A stretch of 64,000 nt of DNA. It comes from a virus (taxonomy: Duplodnaviria > Caudoviricetes). The stretch covers positions 23,857-87,856 of IMG/VR virus record IMGVR_UViG_3300020576_004352. The stretch is one strand, 5' to 3'. Below the pieces are notes generated by a model, which was not told where the DNA came from, made no database searches, and saw only the letters and a list, made by a program, of their open reading frames with translations. This document shows positions 1-8,669 of the stretch, in pieces; within the stretch, counting starts at the first letter, position 1; each line of letters starts with the position of its first letter. The translations under genes and the position numbers were made by a program.

Positions 1-1
1 T

Positions 2-406
2 AGAAACTGGCTAAGAAAAAATACTGGTACACATGCCATAAATAAGCGACTGCCTAATGAAGTTATGCACCTGCCGAATGGCCAGATGCGTGTACTCTTT
101 GACGCGCTTATGGCGGGAGACGGAACCTATGATATTCGTCAAGGCCGTACCAGCATGTCTTACTCAACACAGTCAGAGGTACTGGCTGGGCAGGTGCAGG
201 AAATCGCGCTACGCTTGGGTTACACTGCTAAGATAATTGAAGGGACACGTTGCTTACGTGTTCAAATGAGTGAAGGCAGAGACCGTGTTCGCGTTCTTAA
301 GACAGATATAACGCGGGAACCTTACACGGGTAAGGTATGGTGTTTCCGGGTATCGACAGGATTATTTGTCACCCGCCGTAACGGGTATGTGGCTATCCAA
401 GGAAAC
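2..406 (+). other. C-terminal part of a LAGLIDADG-type intein in the portal gene
   Basis: LFDALMAGDG endonuclease-like block, then YTGKVWCFRVSTGLFVTRRNGYVAIQGN splice-end blocks; Asn codon 404-406, +1 Thr at 407-409. Confidence 0.85.
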
Positions 407-922
407 ACGGCGGAGGCGTCGCTCACTATGGCAGAGGCGCAGGTGTTCGGCCCGGAGCGTAATAAAATTGATGACCTGTTCAATCAGGTGGTTCTCTCGG
501 ACGTTGAAGGCCGGATGCCGATCTACTGGAAATTCCGGTCTAACCCGCCCCGCGTATCAAATCCCAAGGACGTGCTCGATGCCCTTAAAACGCTGGATGC
601 GCTGGGTGCCCTGACGCCCAATGTGGCGATTGGCATCGCTAACGAGATGTTTGATCTCAACATCGAGACGGTCAAAGAGGACTGGGGCGATTTCCCATTC
701 GAGATCGTGAAGATGCTGGCGCAGAAGGGGCAGCTCAAGGGGCTCGATAGCCTTATCGCAGCCTCCACAGACGCGCTGGACGCGCAGGGGGACACTGCTC
801 CTGCAGACACACAGGTTGACCCGGCCACGGGTGAGGAGATCAAAGGTCTTGTGAAGCAGGCATTGAACGGGCTGAAGGGGAAGAATAACAATGTGCGTAA
901 AGTGTCAAAAACTCGCAAGTGA
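2..922 (+). CDS. Portal protein, C-terminal part (5' truncated by window edge), containing the end of an intein
   Basis: Frame open from base 2. After the intein end (IQGN/T) the sequence reads TAEASLTMAEAQVFGPERNKIDDLFN, PBSX-type portal-like; lies directly before the head morphogenesis gene. Confidence 0.75.
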   Translation, partial: RNWLRKNTGTHAINKRLPNEVMHLPNGQMRVLFDALMAGDGTYDIRQGRTSMSYSTQSEVLAGQVQEIALRLGYTAKIIEGTRCLRVQMSEGRDRVRVLKTDITREPYTGKVWCFRVSTGLFVTRRNGYVAIQGNTAEASLTMAEAQVFGPERNKIDDLFNQVVLSDVEGRMPIYWKFRSNPPRVSNPKDVLDALKTLDALGALTPNVAIGIANEMFDLNIETVKEDWGDFPFEIVKMLAQKGQLKGLDSLIAASTDALDAQGDTAPADTQVDPATGEEIKGLVKQALNGLKGKNNNVRKVSKTRK

Positions 923-1853
923 CCTGCCGCAGCATGCTGATGCCCCGGATGCTTTTCAGCAGCTCATAGACAAAGGCAATCAGCTTCAGCAGCTATCTCC
1001 TGAGGCTCTCAGGAAGGCCGTGGCCAACGACCCGCAGGAAGAGAGTGGAGGCGAGGACTTTCTTCCCTACGAGCTGCTGCTGGCTGGGCTCTTGGGGCTG
1101 GCCTTCAAGAATGTGGGAGAAGAGGTCTTGCCGCAGATGTATGCGGAGCTTGATGCTCGTGGTATTCGCGGCCTTGGTAAGGCTATTGAAGAAGTCACTC
1201 CTGAATTCAGCAATGTGTTTACCCACGCGGATACTGAAGCCAAGGTCACCAGTGCGATTGAAGGTTCCATCGTTGCGGGATCAGCAATGGCAGGAGACGC
1301 AAAACTGGCAGGGGAGCTTTTCCGTGCCAAGGCCATTCTTGAGGACATGGTGCAGGCATCCAAGTATTACACCAACACCTACTTTAACCGGATGGTGGTG
1401 CCCCAGCTTCAATCCATTGTGCAGGAAGCACTCCTGACCGGCCAGTTGGATAGCACCACGTATCAGGCAATCCGCGAAGCAATGTCAAACCGCCTAAAGA
1501 GCGTGCCCTACTGGCGCGTAGTGGCCAACGCGGCAGCCAGCCGTGGATATCACTACGGAGCTATCCGGGCCGGGCAGGCACTGGGCAGGAGGGGTTATCA
1601 AATCTTGGCTGTGCTGGATAGCCGGACTTCCGATATATGCCTCTTTATGAACGGGAAGCAGTTCTGGGTGGCGGATGCTGCTATACAGGTCACTCGAGCT
1701 GCTGAGGCGGAAGGCGAAGACATAAAAAGTGTCGCACCGTGGCTGCCCATAGAGGACATTCAAGACTTAACAAATGATGAGCTGCGGCAGCGAGGATTTA
1801 TAATCCCTCCTCTGCATCCTAACTGCCGCTCGACTATCAAATTCATAGACTGA
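891..1853 (+). CDS. Head morphogenesis protein (Mu gpF / SPP1 gp7-like)
   Basis: AVLDSRTSDICLFMNGK and C-terminal PPLHPNCRSTI motifs; follows portal. Confidence 0.85.
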   Translation: MCVKCQKLASDLPQHADAPDAFQQLIDKGNQLQQLSPEALRKAVANDPQEESGGEDFLPYELLLAGLLGLAFKNVGEEVLPQMYAELDARGIRGLGKAIEEVTPEFSNVFTHADTEAKVTSAIEGSIVAGSAMAGDAKLAGELFRAKAILEDMVQASKYYTNTYFNRMVVPQLQSIVQEALLTGQLDSTTYQAIREAMSNRLKSVPYWRVVANAAASRGYHYGAIRAGQALGRRGYQILAVLDSRTSDICLFMNGKQFWVADAAIQVTRAAEAEGEDIKSVAPWLPIEDIQDLTNDELRQRGFIIPPLHPNCRSTIKFID

Positions 1854-1867
1854 CCGGGGACAGAAGA

Positions 1868-2260
1868 ATGGGCGTTAAGCTTAGGGAATATCGCAACGAT
1901 AACGGCTCCGAGGTTGGGTACAGCTTCAAGTGCCCCGGCTGTAAGCATACGCATGTAGTGCCCGTGGTGCGGCCTTATCCTGCCTCAGGCTGGCAGTTTA
2001 ATGGGAACATGGAAGCTCCTACTTTTAGCCCGAGCATTCTTGCCCGCAGCGGGCATTACTGCACAGGTAAGAAGGCAGAGGGCTGTTACAACTGCGCGGA
2101 GAACGCAGCACACCCGGAAGAGGCAGAAGGGTTTGACTGCATGATCTGTCATTCGTTTGTAACGGATGGGCGGATACAGTTCTTGAGCGACTGCACTCAC
2201 GCTCTTGCAGGACAGACAGTCGATCTGCTGGACATGGCCCCCGAGGCGTCGAATGAATAA
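1868..2260 (+). CDS. DUF6527-like Cys/His-rich protein
   Basis: FKCPGCKHTH, WQFNGNMEAPTFSPSIL and CHSFVTDGRIQFLSDCTHALAGQTV match my recollection of the DUF6527 signature. Confidence 0.7.
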   Translation: MGVKLREYRNDNGSEVGYSFKCPGCKHTHVVPVVRPYPASGWQFNGNMEAPTFSPSILARSGHYCTGKKAEGCYNCAENAAHPEEAEGFDCMICHSFVTDGRIQFLSDCTHALAGQTVDLLDMAPEASNE

Positions 2261-2301
2261 CTCTTGTTGTTTCTGTAAAACGAGTTTATTTTAGTAGAAA
2301 A

Positions 2302-2315
2302 TGAACCGGGGTTCA
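2302..2315. promoter_or_regulatory. Palindromic site TGAACCGGGGTTCA
   Basis: Upstream of the protease gene. Confidence 0.7.
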
Positions 2316-2323
2316 AACCGACC

Positions 2324-2926
2324 ATGAAGCGCATTCACAAAGAAGATCAAAATCAGCACTTTGTCCGCATCAAGAAACTTGATGACGAGAAGCGCATCTG
2401 CTTTGGGGAAGTCTATGCGCCTTATGTGCTGGACAGCCACGGTGATTTCATGGCCCCCGAAGACATTGAGGCAATGGCGCATCGCTTTATGCAGCTGAGC
2501 AATGTCAGTCGATCCATTGATACCAATCACAACAACCAGAGCAATGGCAGCTATCCAATCGAGAGCTTTGTTGCCCGTGAAGGTGACCCCGATTACACGC
2601 CCGGTGCGTGGGTGCTGGGTGTAAAGGTTCCCGATGATGCCGTGTGGCAGGCCATTAAAAGAGGCGATCTGAACGGCTATTCCTTTGAGGCTCTGGTTTA
2701 CAAGGTGGCCGTTATTGTCAGCGTGGACACGACGCCCGACTGCGTGGGCCAGACCGAGGATAACGAAGGACACAGCCACTTCTTTTATGTTAAGCTTGCG
2801 CTGGATGGGAAAGTTGAGGGCGGCATGACTTCGGAAGACGAAGGTCACTCCCATTTAATCAAGCGGGGCACGGCCACTGAGAAGAGCAATAATCACTCGC
2901 ACCGTATAATCATCACAGGAGAATAA
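2324..2926 (+). CDS. XkdF-like prohead serine protease
   Basis: ICFGEVYAP..DSHGD, IDTNHN, IESFVAR, GAWVLGVKV..DAVW..IK.GDLNGYSFE: PBSX XkdF pattern. Confidence 0.85.
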   Translation: MKRIHKEDQNQHFVRIKKLDDEKRICFGEVYAPYVLDSHGDFMAPEDIEAMAHRFMQLSNVSRSIDTNHNNQSNGSYPIESFVAREGDPDYTPGAWVLGVKVPDDAVWQAIKRGDLNGYSFEALVYKVAVIVSVDTTPDCVGQTEDNEGHSHFFYVKLALDGKVEGGMTSEDEGHSHLIKRGTATEKSNNHSHRIIITGE

Positions 2927-2927
2927 C

Positions 2928-4259
2928 ATGAAGCGTGTTGTCACTTCCGTTTCTCGTATCGCAAATCAACTCATCGACCCTACCCCTGAGTTCGTATCGC
3001 TGGTGGGACATGGCGCGAACCAGACACCCTTCAACGTGGTGAAAAGTGAAATTTGTGACTTCCGTAGTATTGACAACGACGGCAAACGAGGTCAGACAGA
3101 CCTTAAGAGCGTCGCCAAGGCGCGTGCATTAAACGAGGAAGATATGCCGTCACAGGCCGAAATCCATAAGGTTACACTCAGCAAATCTCGCTTTGCCAGT
3201 GATACGGACGCCAAGGCATATCTTGAAGTCAAGGGCTACACGGACTTTACTCTGGAAGCCTCGGACACTGAATTTACGGTTGCCGCCAAATCAGCAGACA
3301 GCTTTGCGGGCGAGATTAAGCCCATTGCTATTGAAGAGGGTGTAACCTTCTATGTTGGTCAACTTGCAGAAAGCGCAGAAGGACTTGAAATGAGCAAAAC
3401 CACAAAAGCCGCCAAAACCGAGGCCGTGTCTGTTTTCAAGTGCGGCGATCTGACTGCCGATGCGCTGGTAAAGAAGTACGACTACTGGGCTTCCAGTCTG
3501 TCGAGCGGAAAAACCATTCAGGAAGTCATGGCTGATGCAGCCGATGGCGGCTTCCCCGGTATGTACGAGCTGAATGATGCGTTCTGGTATGCGCTTTACA
3601 ACTGTGTGCGTGATGGCGACAAGGCAGGTATCACCACGCTTTGCGCTGAGTTCGGCCAGCTTATCGTGAAAGTCCTCGCGGCGTTTGAGAGCGCAGGCAC
3701 TAGCTCAACTGCCATGAAGGAGGCATTTATGACCAAGCCAAAGACTGAAGACACCAAGAAGTCTGATACTCCCGAAGCCGTAGTTCCTGCCGCTGAGGCG
3801 GCTGCTACCGATGTATCCCCCGCTGCTGCGGAAGGGGATGCTTCGGCTGCTGTAGAGGCTCCTGTTGAAGCCGCAGCCCCGGTAGAAGCTGGGCAGGCCG
3901 ACACCAAACAGAAGGGCGCTGATAAAGTTGCACCGCCCGTAACAGATATTGCTGCTCTGATCGCCAAGGCGGTCACTGACGCAGTTAGTCCCCTGAACGA
4001 CAGCATCAAGGCAGTTACTGCCCAAGTTGCCGAAATTCAGAAGGGCACAAGCGAAGGCTTGGCAGACCTCACTGCGAAGGTCAGCAAGGCCGGTGAGAGG
4101 GTAGCAGAGCTGGAAACGGCGCGGCAGACCCGTAAGAGCGCGGATGACGAAGGCGTCGTACCCGGAACTCAGGTGACTGAAAAGAAGAGCGAAGATCGCA
4201 TCCGCAAGGTCGACGATCACCTCTTCCAGATGTCGCTTGGTATGCGCGGCACGCTGTAG
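2928..4259 (+). CDS. Putative capsid scaffolding protein
   Basis: N-terminal FVSLVGHGANQTPF motif, Ala/Pro-rich linker, C-terminal coiled coil; between protease and capsid genes. Confidence 0.6.
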   Translation: MKRVVTSVSRIANQLIDPTPEFVSLVGHGANQTPFNVVKSEICDFRSIDNDGKRGQTDLKSVAKARALNEEDMPSQAEIHKVTLSKSRFASDTDAKAYLEVKGYTDFTLEASDTEFTVAAKSADSFAGEIKPIAIEEGVTFYVGQLAESAEGLEMSKTTKAAKTEAVSVFKCGDLTADALVKKYDYWASSLSSGKTIQEVMADAADGGFPGMYELNDAFWYALYNCVRDGDKAGITTLCAEFGQLIVKVLAAFESAGTSSTAMKEAFMTKPKTEDTKKSDTPEAVVPAAEAAATDVSPAAAEGDASAAVEAPVEAAAPVEAGQADTKQKGADKVAPPVTDIAALIAKAVTDAVSPLNDSIKAVTAQVAEIQKGTSEGLADLTAKVSKAGERVAELETARQTRKSADDEGVVPGTQVTEKKSEDRIRKVDDHLFQMSLGMRGTL

Positions 4260-4322
4260 TAGCGGCACTCAAAACACGGGGTATCCCGGAAACCAACCAA
4301 CTGTCCTTAAAGGGGTAATAAA

Positions 4323-5297
4323 ATGTCTAAGCAAGAACTCGGTCTTCCCGAAAACCTGAAGAAAGCTGATATGATCATCAGCGACCTGTCCAGTGGTGGC
4401 CTCCTGACTGTTGAGCAGTCGGACACCTTTATCCGTAACCTGATTGACCAGCCCACGCTGCTCCGCCAGATGCGTGTTCAGACGATGAACAGTCCCAGCA
4501 TGGAAATCAACAAGATGGGCTTCGGCAAGCGTATCCTTCGCTCTGCCACTGAAGCGACTGCTCTTGCGGATGCCGCTGTGGATGGCACCAGCTTTGATGC
4601 CTCGACCTCTGGTGAATACCGGGCCCGCGCTAAGCCGCAGACCTCGAAGGTCACGCTGACCACCAAGGAAGTTATCGCGGAAGTTCGCCTGTCCTACTCG
4701 ACGCTGGAAGACAGCATTGAGCGCGGTAACCTTGAGAACACCATCCTCGCCATGATCGCTGAGCGTGCTGCTCTCGATCTTGAAGAGCTGGTCATCAACG
4801 GTGATACCTCGCTCAACAACACTGATCCATATCTCGATCTGATGGACGGTGTGCTGAAGCTCTCGACTGCTCACGTGGTTGATGCGGACGGTGCGGCCCT
4901 TAACCCCACCCTGTTCAACACCACGTTGAAGGCTCTGCCGAACAAGTATCGCCGGAACCGCAATCTGATGCGCTTCTTCTCGACCCCGGATGCTGAGCAG
5001 GATTACCGTCTTGCTCTGGCCAGCCGTGGTACGGGTCTTGGTGACGCGATCCTGACCGGCAATACTCCGGTTCCCGTGTTCGGTGTTCCGCTGGTAGGTG
5101 TGGCTCTGATGCCCTCCACCTCCCTGCTCTTCACTGACCCGAAGAACCTGATTTTCGGCATCCAGCGCAATGTTCGCATTGAAAGCGAGCGCCTGATCTC
5201 CGAGCGTCAGGTCAAGATCGTCCTGACCGCCCGTATCGCTACCGCTATCGAAGAGACGGATGCGGTTGTGAAGGTCAGCAATATTGGCTCGCTGTAA
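4323..5297 (+). CDS. Major capsid protein (HK97 fold, XkdG-like)
   Basis: GGLLTVEQSDTFI, AALDLEELVINGD, LLFTDPKNLIFGIQRNVRIE; strong RBS and highly biased codon use. Confidence 0.9.
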   Translation: MSKQELGLPENLKKADMIISDLSSGGLLTVEQSDTFIRNLIDQPTLLRQMRVQTMNSPSMEINKMGFGKRILRSATEATALADAAVDGTSFDASTSGEYRARAKPQTSKVTLTTKEVIAEVRLSYSTLEDSIERGNLENTILAMIAERAALDLEELVINGDTSLNNTDPYLDLMDGVLKLSTAHVVDADGAALNPTLFNTTLKALPNKYRRNRNLMRFFSTPDAEQDYRLALASRGTGLGDAILTGNTPVPVFGVPLVGVALMPSTSLLFTDPKNLIFGIQRNVRIESERLISERQVKIVLTARIATAIEETDAVVKVSNIGSL

Positions 5298-5320
5298 TAG
5301 CGAATTGAGTTAGGGATAAA

Positions 5321-5343
5321 GCAGGGGGCCACAAACCCCCTGC
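5321..5343 (+). terminator. GC-rich hairpin after the capsid gene (terminator/processing site)
   Basis: GCAGGGGG-CCACAAA-CCCCCTGC, 8-bp stem; no clear U tract. Confidence 0.4.
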
Positions 5344-5383
5344 AATCCTGAAGTGAGTAACCAGCCATATAGGGAGAAAGAAC

Positions 5384-6118
5384 ATGGCACGTCGTATCTC
5401 GAAAATTAACCGTCACGATCTTACCTACGCCAACGCTACCAGTCACAGCCGCGTTATCGCTGATCTCGCGCTTTCGCTGGGCAAGGTGAAAGTTGAAGCG
5501 ATCACTGCGCTCACCAATAGCTCTGGCGGTAACGCTGCCTTGGCCGGTGGTGTGCAGGGTGTTGCGGCCTTCACCAACGTGGCCAACGCCGCTACCAATT
5601 TGGCGACAAAGGCCGCAGCTGACACTGCCATTGGCAAGATCAAAGACGCGATCACTGAGTTGGCTGCCAAAGCGAATGCGATGGCGACCGTGCTTTCTCT
5701 GCCGACCATCACTGATAGCTCAGGCGGTGCGGCAGCGGACGGTACCATTGCTGCGCTTGACCTTTCAGTAGCTGCGGCTACCACGGGTTCGCAGGCAACT
5801 GAAACCAATGCAATTCGTTTGGTGTTGAACGATGCGTTCTATGAGCTGGCAAGCCTTGTTAACAAGATTTGCTTGGCCACGGACGTTGACCCGCTCACGA
5901 TCACCAAGACGAATTTTGCACAGAACAGTGATGGTCTTGTTACCAAAAACTCGACCATTGCAGCCATTTCCACCAACACTGGCACTGCCGCCGACCCCGG
6001 CATTACCAAGGTTGCGATGGATGCCGCCCTTGTCGTATGGGGCGCTAACGTCGCTTATATTGCTACCAAGCTGAATACAATCCGCACGGTAGCACCTATT
6101 AAGACCGTTGTAGTCTAA
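5384..6118 (+). CDS. Ala/Thr-rich virion protein, probable head decoration or fibre
   Basis: Repeated [LI]T[ND]SSGG.AA motif; directly after major capsid gene. Confidence 0.5.
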   Translation: MARRISKINRHDLTYANATSHSRVIADLALSLGKVKVEAITALTNSSGGNAALAGGVQGVAAFTNVANAATNLATKAAADTAIGKIKDAITELAAKANAMATVLSLPTITDSSGGAAADGTIAALDLSVAAATTGSQATETNAIRLVLNDAFYELASLVNKICLATDVDPLTITKTNFAQNSDGLVTKNSTIAAISTNTGTAADPGITKVAMDAALVVWGANVAYIATKLNTIRTVAPIKTVVV

Positions 6119-6161
6119 TCGTGGACAATACGGCAGCACTTGATTAAACAGGAGCAGCAAA

Positions 6162-6575
6162 ATGTCAAAGATGTATGAAGCAACTCTGGTACGCGGTGAA
6201 ACCTACTATCTCGGCTCGAAGCGTTTTGAACGCGGCAAGCCGGTACTGGTAACTCTGGAAGAGAAGGCGAAGCTTAACCGCAACGCTATCGACCGTGTGA
6301 CCGTGCAGGAGAGTGGTGGCACCAGCGGAGAAGATCGTCAGAAGTTCGTCTTTAAGGAAGTGGCCGTAAAGGCCGCAGACAAGAGCGACAAGCTGGCAGA
6401 CCTTGATGCGATGCAAGGCGACGGCGGAGTGTCCTTTGATGAGGACACCGAGGGTAAAGAGGGAAGCGGCACTGGGGATGAAGAGGATCAGAATGATCCG
6501 CCCATTGCCGCTGCCAAGCCGGTAGCGAAAGCCACTGACAAGGCTCCTGCCCCGGCAAGAAGCCGTAGCCGGTAA
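6162..6575 (+). CDS. YqbF-like small head-associated protein with acidic tail
   Basis: N-terminal YEATLVRGETYYLGSKRFERGKPVLVT resembles the skin-element YqbF domain, in the same post-capsid position. Confidence 0.5.
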   Translation: MSKMYEATLVRGETYYLGSKRFERGKPVLVTLEEKAKLNRNAIDRVTVQESGGTSGEDRQKFVFKEVAVKAADKSDKLADLDAMQGDGGVSFDEDTEGKEGSGTGDEEDQNDPPIAAAKPVAKATDKAPAPARSRSR

Positions 6576-6584
6576 TAGGGGATC

Positions 6585-6608
6585 GGGGGCGTGAAGCCCC
6601 CTTTCTCT
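6585..6608 (+). terminator. Intrinsic terminator
   Basis: GGGGGC-GTGAA-GCCCCC followed by TTTCTCT. Confidence 0.6.
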
Positions 6609-6627
6609 ACTTTGAGAGGCTAGGCAA

Positions 6628-7341
6628 ATGACCATTTCAACTCTTGTGAGCCTTGATGATCTGAAAGCCTATATCAAGCTGGCCGACGACAGCCAAGAGT
6701 TTGACCGGCAGCTCGTGGAGCTAGGTGGCGCAGCCACGGCTCTGCTTGAGGTGTTCTGCCGGGCCACATTCGCCCGGAAAGCTTTTTCTGAAAAGTTCTC
6801 CACCATTCGCAGCACCGATTTTCAGTATGATTTAACCGGCAATACAGTGAGTGATTTTGGTCTGCTCGAGCAGAACCGCGTGCAGCGTTTCCCCTTGCGG
6901 GGCTATCCGGTTGACGCGAGCTTGGCCGTGACCGTGAAGTATGACCCGGATCGCGTGTTTGGCACGGACACTGTGAAAGCAGCCACTGGTTATTATCTGA
7001 ACCCAAATACCAATGCACTGTACCTGCTTGATGGCACGGCACAGACCACCTTTGGCCTTCAGGTTGATTACACGGCAGGATACGCAGTCGAGAATGCCAC
7101 GTATGGTGAGGGTGACCAAGAGGTGACCTACCAGTATATATCTGGTGCTCCGCCTACTCTGCGCATGGCCTGCATCCAGCAGGTTATCTACATGTTCAAT
7201 AAGGTGCAGGAGAGCAACGTGGGAGTGGTGGGCCGAGGCAGCGACAACAGCCCCGAGTACGCCTCAAATGCCCTTCTGCTGTGCCCCGAGGCGCAGGCAC
7301 TGGCTTCTTCCTTTAAGCGCGTACTGGTAGGACGGCGATGA
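6628..7341 (+). CDS. Head-tail adaptor (gp6/gp15-like)
   Basis: LVSLDDLKAYIK, VDYTAGY, P.TLRMACIQQV motifs. Confidence 0.75.
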   Translation: MTISTLVSLDDLKAYIKLADDSQEFDRQLVELGGAATALLEVFCRATFARKAFSEKFSTIRSTDFQYDLTGNTVSDFGLLEQNRVQRFPLRGYPVDASLAVTVKYDPDRVFGTDTVKAATGYYLNPNTNALYLLDGTAQTTFGLQVDYTAGYAVENATYGEGDQEVTYQYISGAPPTLRMACIQQVIYMFNKVQESNVGVVGRGSDNSPEYASNALLLCPEAQALASSFKRVLVGRR

Positions 7342-7976
7342 TCTCTGGCCAAATCGTATCAGCCTATGGAGGCAAGACCTACGGCAGCCCTGACGGGGCA
7401 TTGCAGGCGGTTATCCGTGGCCTCAAGACGTATGAGCAGCAGGTCATTCCCCGTGCCATGCGCAGGGCCATGCAGCGATACCTGAAGTATGTGGCTGACA
7501 CGATCATAAAGCGCAACAGTAAGCCGTGGCCGGGCGGGACAACGGCCAACAGTCTGTCAAAGCGTTCCGGGCAAGCCCTGCGCAGCATCTCGCAGAGCCT
7601 GAAGGTGGAAAGCACAGGCAGCGAAGTGCTGGGCTATATCGGCGGAATTTATTACCTGCAAACGCATGAAGATGGCGCGGTTATCCGGGCCCGCAGATCG
7701 AAATACCTCACCATTCCTTTGCCTGCGGCGCTGGATCAGCGGGGTGTTCCCAAGAAGCGCAGTGCTCGTGAGTGGACAAATACGTTCATCATCCGATCAA
7801 AGAACAACAACCTGCTGATCGTGCAGCGCACAGCCACGGGTATTCTGCCTCTTTATGTGCTTAAAAAGCAGGTTCGCATTCCTAAGCGGCTGGGTATGGG
7901 GGACGCACTTAATAAGTTCTTACCCACGCTGGGCAGTTACCTTCAAGACGAGTTGAAGGGAGAGTTCAATATATGA
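7338..7976 (+). CDS. Neck / tail completion protein
   Basis: RSGQALRSI, YLQTHEDGAVI, YLTIPLPAA, LYVLKKQVRIPKR; ATGA overlap with upstream gene. Confidence 0.65.
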   Translation: MISGQIVSAYGGKTYGSPDGALQAVIRGLKTYEQQVIPRAMRRAMQRYLKYVADTIIKRNSKPWPGGTTANSLSKRSGQALRSISQSLKVESTGSEVLGYIGGIYYLQTHEDGAVIRARRSKYLTIPLPAALDQRGVPKKRSAREWTNTFIIRSKNNNLLIVQRTATGILPLYVLKKQVRIPKRLGMGDALNKFLPTLGSYLQDELKGEFNI

Positions 7977-8452
7977 GCAATGAAGTCCCGGTGCGCGAGC
8001 GCGTGGTACAGCAGCTTGAACGGAAGCTCCAGAGCATGACGCTTGAGGGTAACAATGGGGTATCTTTCAAGCATGTAGTGCGCGGTGAGCTTAACCGGTC
8101 ACAGAAATTTCAGGGCAACTCCATCGCAATTCAGGATATGGAGGAGTTCTACACTTACCAGACCTGCTATCTGCAATGTAACCTCCGGGTGGGTCTTGAG
8201 TTCTGGTTTTCCACTGCCGTTAACTCGGTGCCGAGCGCGGAGCTGGGTAAAGTGCTGGCCGAGCTAAAACGTGTTCTTATGACAGACATAAACCTTATCG
8301 AGCAGACCACGGCACTTCAGCTCGCTGAAAATGTACGTATCCTCGAAGTGGATTATGACATTGAAGGCCCGTTTGACCGGGTAGTTTCAGGCTATCTTCA
8401 GCTTGAGGTCATATACCGCGAGAGCAAAGAAAACCCGTACCAATTGATGTGA
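7973..8452 (+). CDS. Putative tail terminator protein
   Basis: Size, position before tube gene, VRERVVQQL N-terminus. Confidence 0.55.
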   Translation: MSNEVPVRERVVQQLERKLQSMTLEGNNGVSFKHVVRGELNRSQKFQGNSIAIQDMEEFYTYQTCYLQCNLRVGLEFWFSTAVNSVPSAELGKVLAELKRVLMTDINLIEQTTALQLAENVRILEVDYDIEGPFDRVVSGYLQLEVIYRESKENPYQLM

Positions 8453-8462
8453 GGAGAAAACC

Positions 8463-8663
8463 ATGAGCAAGACTAAGTTAGAAGACATGATCCTTGGTGA
8501 CAATTCCCCTGTTGACGCAGCATCGCCAGAAAGCGATACTGTAGAAATAGCGGCGGCACCCGAACAGGAAGCAGGCCCGGTTGACGAGAAGGCCAAATTG
8601 AACCCAGGTTCAGGTGGCTGCTATCGTTTCGAGGATGGCCAGTATAAAAAGATTGAGGAGTAA
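8463..8663 (+). CDS. Small acidic hypothetical protein preceding the tail tube gene
   Basis: GAGGAG RBS; ends GGCYRFEDGQYKKIEE. Confidence 0.5.
   Translation: MSKTKLEDMILGDNSPVDAASPESDTVEIAAAPEQEAGPVDEKAKLNPGSGGCYRFEDGQYKKIEE
8599..8612. promoter_or_regulatory. Palindromic site TGAACCCAGGTTCA
   Basis: Intragenic copy. Confidence 0.6.
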
Positions 8664-8669
8664 CCCGCC

